From an uncultured bacterium (GTDB taxonomy: Bacteria > Verrucomicrobiota > Verrucomicrobiia > Limisphaerales > UBA8199): a DNA stretch of 64,000 nucleotides. Below, piece after piece: positions 51,299 through 62,672 of the stretch (positions are counted from its first letter, which is position 1; the number at the start of each line of letters is the position of its first letter). The position numbers were made by a program, and so were the translations under genes. The notes beneath the pieces were generated by a model. That model was not told the origin of the DNA. It saw only the letters and a list, made by a program, of their open reading frames with translations, and ran no database searches. The stretch covers positions 32,001-96,000 of the forward strand of contig CAVVMW010000008.1 of NCBI GenBank assembly GCA_963749495.1, written 5' to 3'.

Positions 51299-52264
51299 GT
51301 GAGCATCACCTATTTGGACGCCATTCGTGAGGCCCAGGCGCGCGCCCTGGCGGAGGACCCGCGCGTCTTCATCTACGGGCAGGACGTCGGACTTTTTGGC
51401 GGCGCCTTCAAGGCGACCAAGGGGCTGGCGCAGCGGTTCCCGGGGCGCGTGATCGACTCGCCGATCAGTGAAGATGCGATGGTGGGCCTGGCCGTGGGGG
51501 CGGCCATCGAGGGGATGCGCCCGATCATCGAACTCCAGTTTGCCGACTTCTCGACCGCGGGCTTCAACCAGATCGTCAACCAGGCCGCCACGCTGCACTG
51601 GCGGACCAATGTGCCCTGCCCGGTCACGATTCGCCTGCCCTGCGGCGGCACCTCCGGCAGCGGCCCGTTCCACAGCCAGAGCGTGGAGACCATCTATGCC
51701 CATTATCCGGGCCTGGTGGTGCTCACCCCGGCCACGGTCGAGGACGCCTACAGCATGTTGCTCGAGGCGGTCGCCCTGGACGACCCGGTCATCTTCTGCG
51801 AGCACAAGTACCTTTACTATCACTTGAAGGCCGAGCGACTGCCCACCGACGCGATGCCGGTGGGCAAGGCGCGCCTGGCCCGGACCGGGCGCGACATGAC
51901 GCTGGTGGCCTACAGCGCCATGGTACACGAGGCCCTGGCCGTCGCCGAGGAATTGGCCTCGGAAGGCACCGAGATCGAGGTCGTCAACCTCCGCTCGGTC
52001 AAGCCGCTGGATACGGACACGGTGGTGGCCTCAGTCGCCCGCACCGGGCGGCTGCTCTGCGTGGGCGAGGCCTGGCCCTGGGGCGGTGTGACCGCCGAGG
52101 TCATCGCCCGCGTCGCCAGCGAAGGCTTTGGCCTGCTCGACGCCCCCCCGCAGCGGCTCAACGCCAAGGACACGCCCGTACCCTATCACCCCAGCCTCTG
52201 GGCCGCTCACCGCCCCACGGCGCGCAGCATCGCCGCCGCAGCGCGCAACCTGCTCAGGATGTGA
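51299..52264 (+). CDS. 2-oxoacid dehydrogenase E1 beta subunit
   Basis: GQDVG.FGGAF, DSPISE, ELQFADF, GPFHSQ, EHKYLY. Confidence 0.92.
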   Translation: MSITYLDAIREAQARALAEDPRVFIYGQDVGLFGGAFKATKGLAQRFPGRVIDSPISEDAMVGLAVGAAIEGMRPIIELQFADFSTAGFNQIVNQAATLHWRTNVPCPVTIRLPCGGTSGSGPFHSQSVETIYAHYPGLVVLTPATVEDAYSMLLEAVALDDPVIFCEHKYLYYHLKAERLPTDAMPVGKARLARTGRDMTLVAYSAMVHEALAVAEELASEGTEIEVVNLRSVKPLDTDTVVASVARTGRLLCVGEAWPWGGVTAEVIARVASEGFGLLDAPPQRLNAKDTPVPYHPSLWAAHRPTARSIAAAARNLLRM

Positions 52265-52290
52265 TGCGCAGAGACTGACCCACACCGCCC

Positions 52291-53499
52291 ATGCCCTCCA
52301 TCCCCATCATCATGCCCCAACTCGGGGAATCGATTGCCGAGGCGACCGTCATCCGGCTCCTGGTCCAGGCGGGCAACCCGGTCCAGACAGACCAGGACAT
52401 CATCGAAGTGGAAACCTCCAAGGCGACCATGAACGTGGCGGCGCCCTGCCCGGGCCGCGTCGAGAAGTTTCTGATCAACCTCAACGAGAGCTACCCGGTG
52501 GGCGCGGTGCTGGGCTACCTGGAGGCGAGCCGGGAAGACGCCGTCCGGTTGGGCCTGGATGCGCCTGAGCCCGGACCGGAGGCCGAGAGGGCCGCCGGCA
52601 GCCTTGACACCGCCGGCCCCGGCCCCTCTGCCGCCCCCAGGCAAGGCGTTGAGCCCACCGTGCGCGGGCTGCCGGTCCCTGCCAACGCCGCCGGGGCCAG
52701 CTACATGTCGCCCCGAATGAAGGCCCGGATGGTCGAGTTGGGCCTGGGCGCGGCGGACCTGGCGGGTCTGCCCGGCAGCGGCGCCGCCGGGCGGGTGACG
52801 ATCCAGGACTTCGAGAGATTCATCACCAACCTCGAAAGGCACCGGCTCAGCCAGGCCTCCTCCATGCGCGTGGCCGTCGCCGACGCCATGCGGCGCAGTT
52901 GGACGCGGCCCCTGGCGACGGTGGGCAGGCCGGTGTGTTTCGACCCGATCCTCAACCATCGCAAGACCTGCCAACCCAAACCCGGGCCCGCTCTTTATGC
53001 CTTGCGGGCGCTGGCCATTGCCCTGGCCGAGAACAGCGCCCCGGCCGGACGGCTCATCGGCAGCAAAATCGCCCATCCCTCCTCGATTGATGTCGGCTTC
53101 GCGGTCGAGGCCGAGGAGGGCGTGCTGGTGCCGGTCATTCGAAACGCAGACAAGCGCCTGCTCAAGGACCTGGTCAACCGTTATGACGAATTGATCCAAT
53201 TGGCGCACCAGCGCAAGCTGCCGGCTGACGTTACCGGCGGCTCGATCGCCACCGTCACCAACTTCGGCACCTTCGGCCTGACCTGGGCAACGCCCATTCC
53301 GCTGCCCGAGCAGACCCTGGTCCTGGGCCTGGGCGCCGCCCGGCGCGTGCCTAACTGGGACGAACTCCAGGGCCGGTTCGTGCCCGTGATGGAAGCCAAC
53401 TTCACCCTGAGCTTCGACCATCGCGTGCTGGACGGCGGCGCCGCCGGCCGCCTCCTGGCCCGCATCGACCAATTGCTGGCAAGACCCGAGCAGTTGTAA
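52291..53499 (+). CDS. Dihydrolipoamide acyltransferase E2 (second complex)
   Basis: MPQLGES, EVETSKA lipoyl-Lys, GSGAAGRVT, DHRVLDG. Confidence 0.9.
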   Translation: MPSIPIIMPQLGESIAEATVIRLLVQAGNPVQTDQDIIEVETSKATMNVAAPCPGRVEKFLINLNESYPVGAVLGYLEASREDAVRLGLDAPEPGPEAERAAGSLDTAGPGPSAAPRQGVEPTVRGLPVPANAAGASYMSPRMKARMVELGLGAADLAGLPGSGAAGRVTIQDFERFITNLERHRLSQASSMRVAVADAMRRSWTRPLATVGRPVCFDPILNHRKTCQPKPGPALYALRALAIALAENSAPAGRLIGSKIAHPSSIDVGFAVEAEEGVLVPVIRNADKRLLKDLVNRYDELIQLAHQRKLPADVTGGSIATVTNFGTFGLTWATPIPLPEQTLVLGLGAARRVPNWDELQGRFVPVMEANFTLSFDHRVLDGGAAGRLLARIDQLLARPEQL

Positions 53500-53511
53500 G
53501 TTGGGGAGGCG

Positions 53512-54165
53512 TCATTTCTGCGCGGCGGCGGCCGGGGCGGGGCCGGCCGCCGGCTTGGCCGGGGGTTTGTAAAGCCCGGCCTTAATGAAGGGCTCGAGGC
53601 AGGCGCCGTAACCGGCCTTCTCCATCTGCTCGACCGGGATGAAGCGCAATGAAGCCGAGTTGATGCAGTAGCGCAGGCCCGTCGGCCCGGGACCGTCGTT
53701 GAAGACATGGCCCAGATGGGAATCGGCCGTCTTGGAGCGGACTTCGATCCGCTGCATGCCGAGAGAGTGGTCGGCCCGCTCCACGGTCTCGAGGGCATCC
53801 AGCGGCCGGCTGAAGCTGGGCCAACCGCAGCCGGAGTCGAACTTGTCGAGCGAGCTGAACAGCGGTTTGCCTGAGACGGTGTCGACATAGAGGCCGGGTT
53901 TCTTCAGGCTGAAATAGGGATTCTGGAAAGGCGGCTCGGTCGCGGCGTGTTGGGTCACCTCGAACTGCATCGGCGTGAGCTTCCTCCTGAGCTCGGCGTC
54001 GGTCGGTTTCTTGAATTTGTGCATAGGGGCATTGGTCGTGGAGGCGGCGGGAGCGGCGCCCGGGGGGGCGGCGCCTGTTTGGGCGAGAGCCCGCACAGAA
54101 CCATTGGAAAGGAACACGGCCAGCGCTGCCGCCGCGGCAACAGGACCTGTTGATTTGACGTTCAC
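53512..54165 (-). CDS. msrB: Peptide-methionine (R)-S-oxide reductase with a signal-like N-terminus
   Basis: [35 protein letters not shown]. Start tentative. Confidence 0.92.
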   Translation of the reverse strand: MNVKSTGPVAAAAALAVFLSNGSVRALAQTGAAPPGAAPAASTTNAPMHKFKKPTDAELRRKLTPMQFEVTQHAATEPPFQNPYFSLKKPGLYVDTVSGKPLFSSLDKFDSGCGWPSFSRPLDALETVERADHSLGMQRIEVRSKTADSHLGHVFNDGPGPTGLRYCINSASLRFIPVEQMEKAGYGACLEPFIKAGLYKPPAKPAAGPAPAAAAQK

Positions 54166-54349
54166 ACACAACAATAGCCCAGCGCCGGGCGGATGCAACG
54201 GGGGTGGAACCAAAATCATGGAGCGCAAAATGATGAAAGGCAAAATCATTGGCGGCAAAATCATTGCCGAAGGGACGGCTCAACGGCCTTCCCGGCAGGC
54301 GAGCCTTGCGGGCGCAAGTTAGTTTTTCCAACCCGCTGTCACTGGTCGC

Positions 54350-54505
54350 CCCTTGCCCCTCACCCCGGCCCTCTGCCCGTCGGACGGGGAGAGGGAGCAG
54401 CAAAGCCCGGCTCTCACAAGTTCGAAGGCGCCGGGATTCGTCAACAGACGGGCGGCGGTCCTCCCTCTCCCCATCCGATGGGCAGAGGGCCGGGGTGAGG
54501 GGAAA
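54350..54505. repeat. REP-like inverted repeat
   Basis: CCCCTCACCCCGGCCCTCTGCCC...GGGCAGAGGGCCGGGGTGAGGGG; related partial copy at 58665-58780. Confidence 0.85.
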
Positions 54506-54519
54506 CCCGGCGGCGCGGG

Positions 54520-55901
54520 TCACCCAGGATCTACGTCATAGCCCAATTCGCGGAAGCGCTGGAGTTTGTAGAGGAGGGCACGGCGGCTGATGCCGAGGGC
54601 CTTGGCGGTTTCGGTGCGGTTGAAGTCGTGTTTGCGCAGGGCGGCGAAGATGGCCTGGCGCTCGATCTCGCCCAGGCGCTGGCTGTCGGGCGGTTCGGGG
54701 GCGGGGCCGGGGGCGGGTTCAAGGCCGGCGGCGCGGACCTGGGCGGTCAGGTGCTCGGGCAGGATGAGTTCGCCGCGGGAGAGCAGGGCGGCGCGCTCCA
54801 TGGCGTTGCGCAATTGGCGCACGTTGCCCGGCCAGGAGTAGCGCGGGAGGCAATCGATGACGGCGGAGGAAAAGCGGGCGCGGCCCTGGGTAAACTCCGC
54901 GATAAAGGCGCCGGCTAGCGGGAGGATGTCCTCCGGGCGCTCGCGCAACGGCGGGATGTTCAGCTCGAACACGTTCAGGCGGTAGAAGAGGTCCCCGCGG
55001 AACCTGCCGGCCGCGACCTCCTCTTCCAAGCGCTTGTTGGTGGCGGCCAGGAGGCGGGCGTTGACCCGGATTTCGTTGTTGGAGCCGACGCGGTTGAAGC
55101 GGCCTTCCTGGGTGACGCGCAACAGCTTGGCCTGCAAGGGGGGCGACATGTCCGCTATCTCGTCCAGAAAGATCGTCCCGCCGTCGGCCGCCTCGAAGCG
55201 GCCGGGCTTTTGCCTGAGGGCACCGGTGAAGGCGCCCTTTTCATGGCCGAAGAGTTCGCTCTCCAGGAGGTTTTCCGGGATGGCGGCGCAGTTGACCTTG
55301 ATGAGCGGCCCCGAGGCGCGGCCGCTCCAGGCATGGATGACGTCGGCCACGACCTCCTTGCCCACGCCACTCTCGCCGGTGATGAGGACGCGGCTTTCCG
55401 AAGGGGCGACCAGCGAGGCATCGTGGAAGACGGCCTGCATGAGGGGCTCTGGGCGACAACGTGCGGGGGCAACTGGCGCTGGGCGGTGAACTTGCGCGGG
55501 GCGGCAGTGGCCAGGCCGGTGGCCTGGCGCACGCAGGCCAGCAACTCGTCCAGGTCGATCGGTTTGGCCAGGTAGTCCAGGGCGCCATCGCGCCCGGCGC
55601 CCACCGCCTCGCGGACGTCGGCATAGGCGGTGACCAGGAGGATGGGCAGCCCGGCATGTTCCTGGCGGGCCCGCCGCAGGGTCTCCAGTCCCGAGAGGCC
55701 GGGCATCCGCACGTCGGTGATCATCATGCTGAAGCCGGAGGCGCGCAGGGTCTCCAGGGCCTGCTCGCCGGAGGCGACCGGCACGGTCTCGAATCCCTGG
55801 CTCCGCAGAAACGAATCCAGCAGGCTCCGCTGGCCCGGGTCATCATCGACGATCAGGATGCGGGGGACGCTGGGGCCGTTCTTGCGCGCTTCGGACACCA
55901 T
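54520..55901 (-). CDS. Sigma-54-dependent response regulator; frameshift near 55443
   Basis: REC (VDDD, TDVRMP, KP) in one frame; GESGVGKE, GAFTGA, WPGNVRQL and Fis HTH in the next. Confidence 0.9.
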
Positions 55902-55919
55902 GTATCACCCCGGGTTGGG

Positions 55920-57243
55920 CTAGCGCTCCGACATCGAGCCGGGAGGCGCCTCGATCAACTGGGCATTCTTCTCCAGGAAGTCCATCACTTTGCCGTGCAT
56001 GATCTGGTCATAGACTTCGATTAAGCCGCCGCGCTGGCGGAGGTCCTTGACGAATTTCTCCAACGGAACCCGGTTGGTTGCAGCCAGCCGGAGAAGCCGT
56101 CCGTTGATCTCGTCCTCGGAGACCTTGATGTCCTCTTTCTCGGCTATCTTCTGAATGAGGAAGGCGAGTTTGACGCGTTCCTTGGCATCCTGGGCGGCGG
56201 CGGAGTAGATCTGGTCTTTGTGTTGTTCGATCTGCTCGCGGGAGGCGCCGCGCTGCTGGCTGGCGTGGACCATGCTAAAGACGCGGTGGCGGGTCTCCTG
56301 CGCCACCGAGGCCTCCGGCAACTCGAACTGGACGCGCCCCAGCAGGGCCTGGAGCATCTGGTTGCGGATGCTGGCGCTGCGCTTGTACTGCGAGACCGTT
56401 CTCGAGGTCCTTGCGCACCCCGGCGCGCAATGCCCGGAGGTCCTCCGCCCCGTAGCCCTTGGCGAAGGCATCGTCCAGGGCAGGCAGCATTTTCTCTTTC
56501 ACCTGGACCAGTTCAACGGCATAGACGCCCCGCTTGCCGGCGAGTTGCGCGGTATCGAAATCGGGGGGGAACTCGACAGTGACCGTGCGCTTTTCGCCCG
56601 CCCGGGCGCCCAGGAGTTGCTCGGCAAAGCCCGGGATGAAACCCTTGGCGCCGACCTCGATCCAAAAGTCCTTTTTCTCCGTCAGACCCATGGCGGTCGG
56701 CGCAATTTCGGTGATGGGTTTGCCCTCGCACTGGCCGGTGTAATTCACCACGGCCATGTCGCCGGCGGCCACCGGGCGATCCACGGCAAGGTAAGCGACC
56801 CGCTGCTCGCGCAGCACCTGCAAGGCCCGGTCCACGTCCGCCTCGGTCACCGAGCGGCTCTCGACGCGGGCCGGCAAGCCCTTGTAGTCCGGCAAGGCAA
56901 ATTCCGGCGCCGTCTCCAGCGTGGCGGCATATTGAAAGGGCTGGCCGCGCGCAAACTGGATTTCCTCGATGTCCGGCCGCGCCACCACGTCCAGCTTCTG
57001 CTCCTCGACCGCCTGTTTGTAGGACTGGTCCATGAGCTTGGCTTTGACCTCGTCCTGAATCTCCTTTTGGTACTTGCGCTCGACCATCTCGCGAGGCGCC
57101 TTGCCTGGGCGAAAGCCCGGGAACTTGGCCTTTCGCTGGAAATCCTGGGTCACCCTCTCGAAGGTCTCATCCACCTTCTGGGGCTCGACCTCCACCTTCA
57201 TCAGTTTCTTGCACGGCGCCAAATTCTCTATGGTTACATTCAC
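55920..57243 (-). CDS. tig: Trigger factor; frameshift near 56395
   Basis: PGFRPGKAP signature, FKBP domain (FIPGFAEQL), C-terminal AKERVKLAFLI..IAEKE.I.V. Confidence 0.93.
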
Positions 57244-57321
57244 AAACAAACCTTTCCGCCACTCGATCGAAAAGTCCAGCGCGCTGGCCGGGCGGCGCAT
57301 CTCACCGCCATGGCCGAAGGA

Positions 57322-57420
57322 CCGGAACGCCGGCTTTCAGCCGGCTTAGGGCGCCGCGTGTTCAAGAGACGCACCCAAAGTATCCAGGTCCGCGCAAAGC
57401 GGGCTGAAGCCCGCGCTCCG
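57322..57420. repeat. REP-like inverted repeat
   Basis: GGAACGCCGGCTTTCAGCCGGC...GCGGGCTGAAGCCCGCGCTCC. Confidence 0.7.
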
Positions 57421-57515
57421 GGGCCGTGTGCGGATGCGCCCGGAGCCGGCAGACCATATCAAAGCGGGCGGGGCCGTCAACTTGAATAACTGGCGCCTTA
57501 CTCTAGATTATACGC

Positions 57516-58196
57516 ATGAAGAAACCTCGAGAGGTGCCGGTCATGACGCTGCCCAAGGCGACGCTCTTTCCCCAGGCGTTGCTGCCGCTCTATATCTTCG
57601 AGCCGCGTTACCGGCAGATGCTCTCCGACGCGCTGCACTCGACGCGGATGTTGGCGGTGGCGATGCAGCGGCCCGGCAGCACGCGCGAGGTCCCATCCCA
57701 GGTGGCCGGACTGGGCCTCATCCGTGTGGCGGTCCGGCACCGCGACGGCACCTCGCACCTCATCCTTCAGGGCCTGGCGCGCGTCGAGCTGGAGGAACCG
57801 CTCCGCTACAAGCCCTATCGCATCCAGCGCATCCGCCCCCTGGAGACTCCCCCCTGCGACAACCTCAAGGTGGACACCCTGCTGGGCAAGGTCCGCGCTC
57901 TGCTGGAGGAGCGCAATGGCCTGGGCCTGCCGTTCCCCTTCCCGGTCATGGCCCCGGACACCGCCCAGGGCGGCGGTTCGGCCCCGCCTCCGTTCTCGCC
58001 GGAAAAGATCCTCCATTACCTGGATTCACTGACCGACCCGGACCAGGCGGCGGACCTGGTCTCCTGCATGGTCTTGCCGGGGGCGGCGCAACGGCAGACC
58101 ATCCTCGAAACGCTGGACGTCGAGGCGCGGCTGCGGCATCTCATCTATTTTTTGCTCGCCGAAATCCGAACCACACGCAAAGCTAACGGCCCATGA
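57516..58196 (+). CDS. Lon protease N-terminal substrate-binding domain protein
   Basis: LFPQALLPLYIFEPRYRQM, DG...ILQG..R, RQ.ILET.DV..RL. Confidence 0.9.
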   Translation: MKKPREVPVMTLPKATLFPQALLPLYIFEPRYRQMLSDALHSTRMLAVAMQRPGSTREVPSQVAGLGLIRVAVRHRDGTSHLILQGLARVELEEPLRYKPYRIQRIRPLETPPCDNLKVDTLLGKVRALLEERNGLGLPFPFPVMAPDTAQGGGSAPPPFSPEKILHYLDSLTDPDQAADLVSCMVLPGAAQRQTILETLDVEARLRHLIYFLLAEIRTTRKANGP

Positions 58197-58618
58197 GCGA
58201 CCCACAACCATCCCAAGCCGACACGGCCGCCCCCGGCCGCAGCGAGGAACTCTCCGCCCTGTTCGCGCACCTGGTCATGCAGCAATCCAACATGGCCCTG
58301 ATGCTCCTGGGCAAAGCCCCCCACCCCGAGTCGGGCCAGGTCACCCGCGACCTCGAGGCGGCCCAGTTGTTCATCGACCAGTTGGAAATGCTGGAAGTCA
58401 AGACACGGGGCAACCTTGGCAAAGACGAGGCCGCCTTGCTCAAACAGAACCTGATGAACCTGCGGCTGGCCTTTGTCGAGGCCGTCGAGTCGCCTGCCCC
58501 TGCAGGCGCTCCGGGGCAAACGGCCGCCGCCCAAACGCCCCCGGCGCAGACCGCCCCCGCCTCCCCGCCCCCGCCCGCCCAGGAGGAGTCCCGGAAGAAG
58601 TTCACCAAGAAGTATTGA
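58193..58618 (+). CDS. DUF1844 family protein
   Basis: ALMLLGK.PHP.SG....DLEAAQ.FID.LEML..KTRGNL..DE..LL...L..LRLAFV. Confidence 0.85.
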   Translation: MSDPQPSQADTAAPGRSEELSALFAHLVMQQSNMALMLLGKAPHPESGQVTRDLEAAQLFIDQLEMLEVKTRGNLGKDEAALLKQNLMNLRLAFVEAVESPAPAGAPGQTAAAQTPPAQTAPASPPPPAQEESRKKFTKKY

Positions 58619-58783
58619 GCCCGGGTAAGGCCTCAGTGAAAGGGGCAGCAGCACCGCGGGCAGACCCCTCACCCCAGCCCTCTCCCCATCGGATGGGGGG
58701 AGGGAGGATCCTCGGTAGCGGCTCGAGGAAGGACAGCCGCGCGGAATTTCAAGAGACTGCCGACGTTTCTCCCTCTCCCCTTC

Positions 58784-60487
58784 GGGTATCATTCCGAACA
58801 ACGGTTGCCTTAAAATCCCCCGTAATCAGGGTTGTTTCTGGGGTCGGTCTTAACGGGGCTCACATAGTTTAACTTTTCAGGTCCAGGGGAATCGGTGTTT
58901 TTCGGGCCTTTTTGAAGAATAGCCGCCACGGTCGCACCTAAAAATGTCATTGTGTTTGATGAATAACGCCCTGAAATGGCCCAGTCAATCACTTACAATA
59001 ACATTATGGCTACGGACTTAACGCGCGCCGAACAATCCGTCATCCAACAGCTTCGTCGTCTGGGCGTCGCGACCATGCGTGCCTTGCGCCAGCGCGTGCA
59101 TTGCTGCCACATGACCGTGGTGCGGGCCCTGCGCAAAACCGGCTATCACAACAGCTTTAACGCCAACGCCGCTTACTACACCCTGCCCCAAACCCCGGTC
59201 TTCGATGACCACGGCCTGTGGTTCCACCGGCAGATCGGCTTTTCCCGGCACGGCAACCTGCTCCAAACCCTGGCTGCCTTGGTGGCCAAGGCTCCGGCCG
59301 GTTGCACCGTCCCGGAGTTGGAGGCGCAGCTGTCCACGCCCGTGGCCAACCTGCTATGTCGGTTGGGGCGCGAGGGTCGAGTCGGCATTGCTCACCGTGG
59401 CCGCCGCGCCCTGTATTTGGCCGCCGATCCCGCCCAGCAACGCCGCCAACAAGCCCAGCGTCAGACTCAGACGCTGGCGGCGCCGGTCTCGGCGGTGGCG
59501 GCGGGTCCAGTCTTGCCGCCCGGAGTCAGTGCCCTGGAAGTCGTCGCCCTGCTGAGCACGCTCATTCAACATCCGCACGCCCGGGTGCCGACCCTGGTCC
59601 GGCTGCTCCAGAAGCGGGGCGTTGGCCTGAGCCCCAGCCAAATCCGCCTGGCGCAGGCCTTTTATGAGATCAAAAAAAAACGGCACCTTAAGCCTGGCGA
59701 GCCTGGCTCAGGACCTGAGTCGCCAAGCGGCTGAGCAACTGCAATCCCTGGCCCGGCCCTGCGCCTTGCCTACCTATCGGTTTGATGCCCCCGCCCAGTC
59801 TCTTCCCGTGCTCAAGAGCCGCGCCCGTCGCGTGGTCAGTGGGCAGCATGGCCCCTTGGTGGCCGTGGAAGTCATGCGCACCGACCCGGACCACCCGGAG
59901 GCCAAGCCGCAACGTTCGGCGGACTTGGCCCGCCTGGTGCCCGCGCGCTGTTGTTACGCTTTTGACTTGATCGCCCAGGTCGGCCGGCAAGTCTTTCTGG
60001 AAGGGCAGACCTTGGCCCAAGTGCAGCAAGGCCTGGAGTCCCGAACCCCCCCCCACTGCCCATCCCCTTGAGCACCCTGCAAGACTTGAAAATGAAATTC
60101 CTGTTCTACCTGGGCCAACTGCATCGGCAGGCTGCCCCTCAACTCAAGGCCTACCTGCAGCAGCGCGCCCATATCCAGTGGGTGATCAATGGCACTCTGG
60201 AAGCCGGCACCCCCGTCTTCTTTGGCGTCAAGGAAGCGGGCCAAGGCTGGCTGTTGGCCTGTCGGAAAATCCCCACCGAAAATCTCCCGGACATCCAAGC
60301 CGCGCTGCAGGCCACTGCGGCGGATTATGGGGAACCGGCCGAGATCTGGCATGATTTAAGTCCGGTCATGGCCCAGGCTTGTCCGGCCGCTTTGCCCCAA
60401 GTCGCGCACTGGGTGTGTCACTTTCATCTGGGTTGCGACGTAGGGCGGGACCTCTACCAAGCTCCGCAAGCGGCCCTGTTCAAGCGC
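58784..60487 (+). mobile_element. Unclassified IS-like element (winged-HTH ORF plus transposase-like ORF), truncated by ISAs1
   Basis: ORF 58976-59734 (MTVVRAL...YYTL...FDDHGLW...FSRHGNL) continues across A9 and C9 runs into YAFDLIAQVG and CHFH..DVG.DL segments; the left end interrupts a REP hairpin. Confidence 0.6.
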
Positions 60488-62672
60488 CACGGCTTCGGCG
60501 TTTAGAACGGCCCTTGTCGGGTGGAATCGGGGCGTGAGCGCAGGCGAGGATCTCGTCGCCACAACGGCTCGCGCAGTGTGAATTGCCAGGCTGTTATAGG
60601 AAGGATTTGCTCAGATCCGGGCAGCAATGTGGGAAGCCATAGAAACGTCCGGCATGCAGAGAGACCAGACCGATCAGAGCCGAACCGATGCTCAGACTCA
60701 GGGGAGCACCCCATCAGGTGTTATTGAGCAGAGGACGACCGACCAGGTCGATGGCCAAGCGGCGATCGTTCGTGGCGGCACAGCGAAAGCGTGGCAGATA
60801 GGAGGTGGCTTTGTGCTGGCGGGCAGCATCCAGGGCACAGAGGCCGATGACCAGGTTGCGCAAGGCTCCCAGGTTTTGCGGGCCGTGGCCGGTGCGGACG
60901 GTGCAAGCATCTTCGCCGAAAGTGACATCGCGCACGTAGTGGACCGACTCGATGCTCCAATGGCCACGGCGAAAGGCCTGCAATTGCGCCGCATCCATCT
61001 GCGCATTGGGGCGGCTGCTCAAGACCAGTTCGGCCTCTTCGGTAACGCGAACGGCTTTGAGATGGTGAGTAGTGCGCACGATGACGGCGGCTTGGAGGGC
61101 GTGTGGGAAGCCGCACTGTTGGGGTGTGACTTCAAAGGGCCAGACCTCGCGGGTTTCATGCCGTCCATGGCCTTGGTCAATCGTGATGTGCTCAGGGGGA
61201 AAAAACGCCTTTCGGCGCGTGAGACAGGCGGGCCAGTTTGTCGAAGAGCTTGGGTTGATTGGCTTTGACGACCAGGAGGTAGTCGGCCTTTTTTTCCTCG
61301 ACCACATGGTCGGCGGTGGCGGTCTGAGTATTGAGCGCGTCGGCGCTGACCAAGGTGCCGCGCAGGTCCAAGTCCCGGAGCAGGTCCTTGAGGGTGGGTA
61401 TTTCATTGGTCTTGGCCGGGATTTGGATTTGGCGGCAAAAGAGTTGGGTTTGGGTGTCCAGGGCGCCGAAGAGTTGGATGCCTTGTCCGTTGATTTTGGT
61501 GGCGGTGCGGGCACATTTGCCATCGACGGCCAGTGCGGCGATGCCCGCGTTTTTGAGGTGGGAGCGCAGCCAATCGTTGATCAGCCTGTCCAGTTCCGTC
61601 GGGTCCAGGCGCTGGAGGATTCGGCGGATGGTCGTTTCGCTGGGAGGGATGAACTTGCGGGTCTTGCGGCAACGGCAGGCGCGCAGGCTGCGGAGTTGGT
61701 TTTGGTTGAGGGACTGGGAGAACTCGCCGATATCGATCAGGGAGTTGTTGCCCGCAATCATGGCGGCGGTAGCAATGGCCACAATGGAGGCGACGCGGCG
61801 ATGGCGCCAACCCCGGTAGCGGCGGGGGTCGTGGAGTGGGGCCAGGGCGTGGAGCAAGCTTTGGGTTTGTTTTCCGCTCAAAGGATATTCCTGAGGCGGG
61901 GGCTCTCGGCGATAGGGCGCCCAAGCTGCCGGCATGAGCGGAGCCGAGAGGATCTGGCGGGCGTTGCGGACCAGCGGATACACGAAGATGGCTTTGGGCT
62001 GCTGGTGGAGTTGATAGAAATCCAGGCGGGAGCGTCCCCAGCCTTTGGTCACGCCGATTTCAAACCAATTGGCGGCACGATAACAGGTGCCTTCGAACCG
62101 TTTGGGGTCCACATAGGTTTCGACCAAGGCGATGGGGTGGCCGTAGTGTTCCAGCCAGTCGGCACTGAGGCGCTGGAGGTTGAGGCTCAGGCAGTGGGAA
62201 GCCGGGTTGGGCGAGCGGCCTTTGGGCCTGAGCAGCGCGAAGCGAGCGTTGCAGGCCAGCAGGTGGCGTCCGGCCTGTCGCTGAGCGTCGGTCCAGCCGA
62301 TCCAGGCATCGCGGGGCCGCAGATGGAAGGCGGCGCTGGACCAACCCAACAGGCCGATCCATCGCCCCTTTTTCTTGATCACATAGCCAAGCGACTCGCC
62401 GACCATGCGATGCTCTTTGAGGTAATGGTGTTTTCGGATCAGTTTGTTCCACCGAGCTTCCTCCTCAAGGCTCTTGACCAACTCGACGGTGATCGTCTTA
62501 TCGGTGGTCTCTCGGAGGATTTGGGTGACGAGGTCCTCAGGTTTGGAGGTCCGTTTTATCTGTGCAGGACAAATCATGCCGCCGAGTTTGGCAGCCTCGG
62601 GGGGCTTTGTCCAGTCCCACGTTATATCCAATTGATCAGCAACAACTTACGCAATGATCCGCCGAAGCCGTG
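60488..62672 (-). mobile_element. ISAs1-family element whose transposase carries an N-terminal DUF4338-like domain
   Basis: Terminal inverted repeats CACGGCTTCGGCG / CGCCGAAGCCGTG; DPR, AVDGK, KTNEIP, SADALNTQ, VKANQ, HGRHETR, HWSIE..HYVRDVTFGED; N-terminal HHYL, ETYVD, GTCYRAANW. ORFs 61192-62631 and 60714-61523. Confidence 0.9.

Noticed and set aside
54205..54270. MILPP-repeat N-terminal extension of MsrB
   Set aside because: Derived from a 15-bp non-coding tandem repeat (GCAAAATCAT core); a downstream start gives a normal signal-like peptide.
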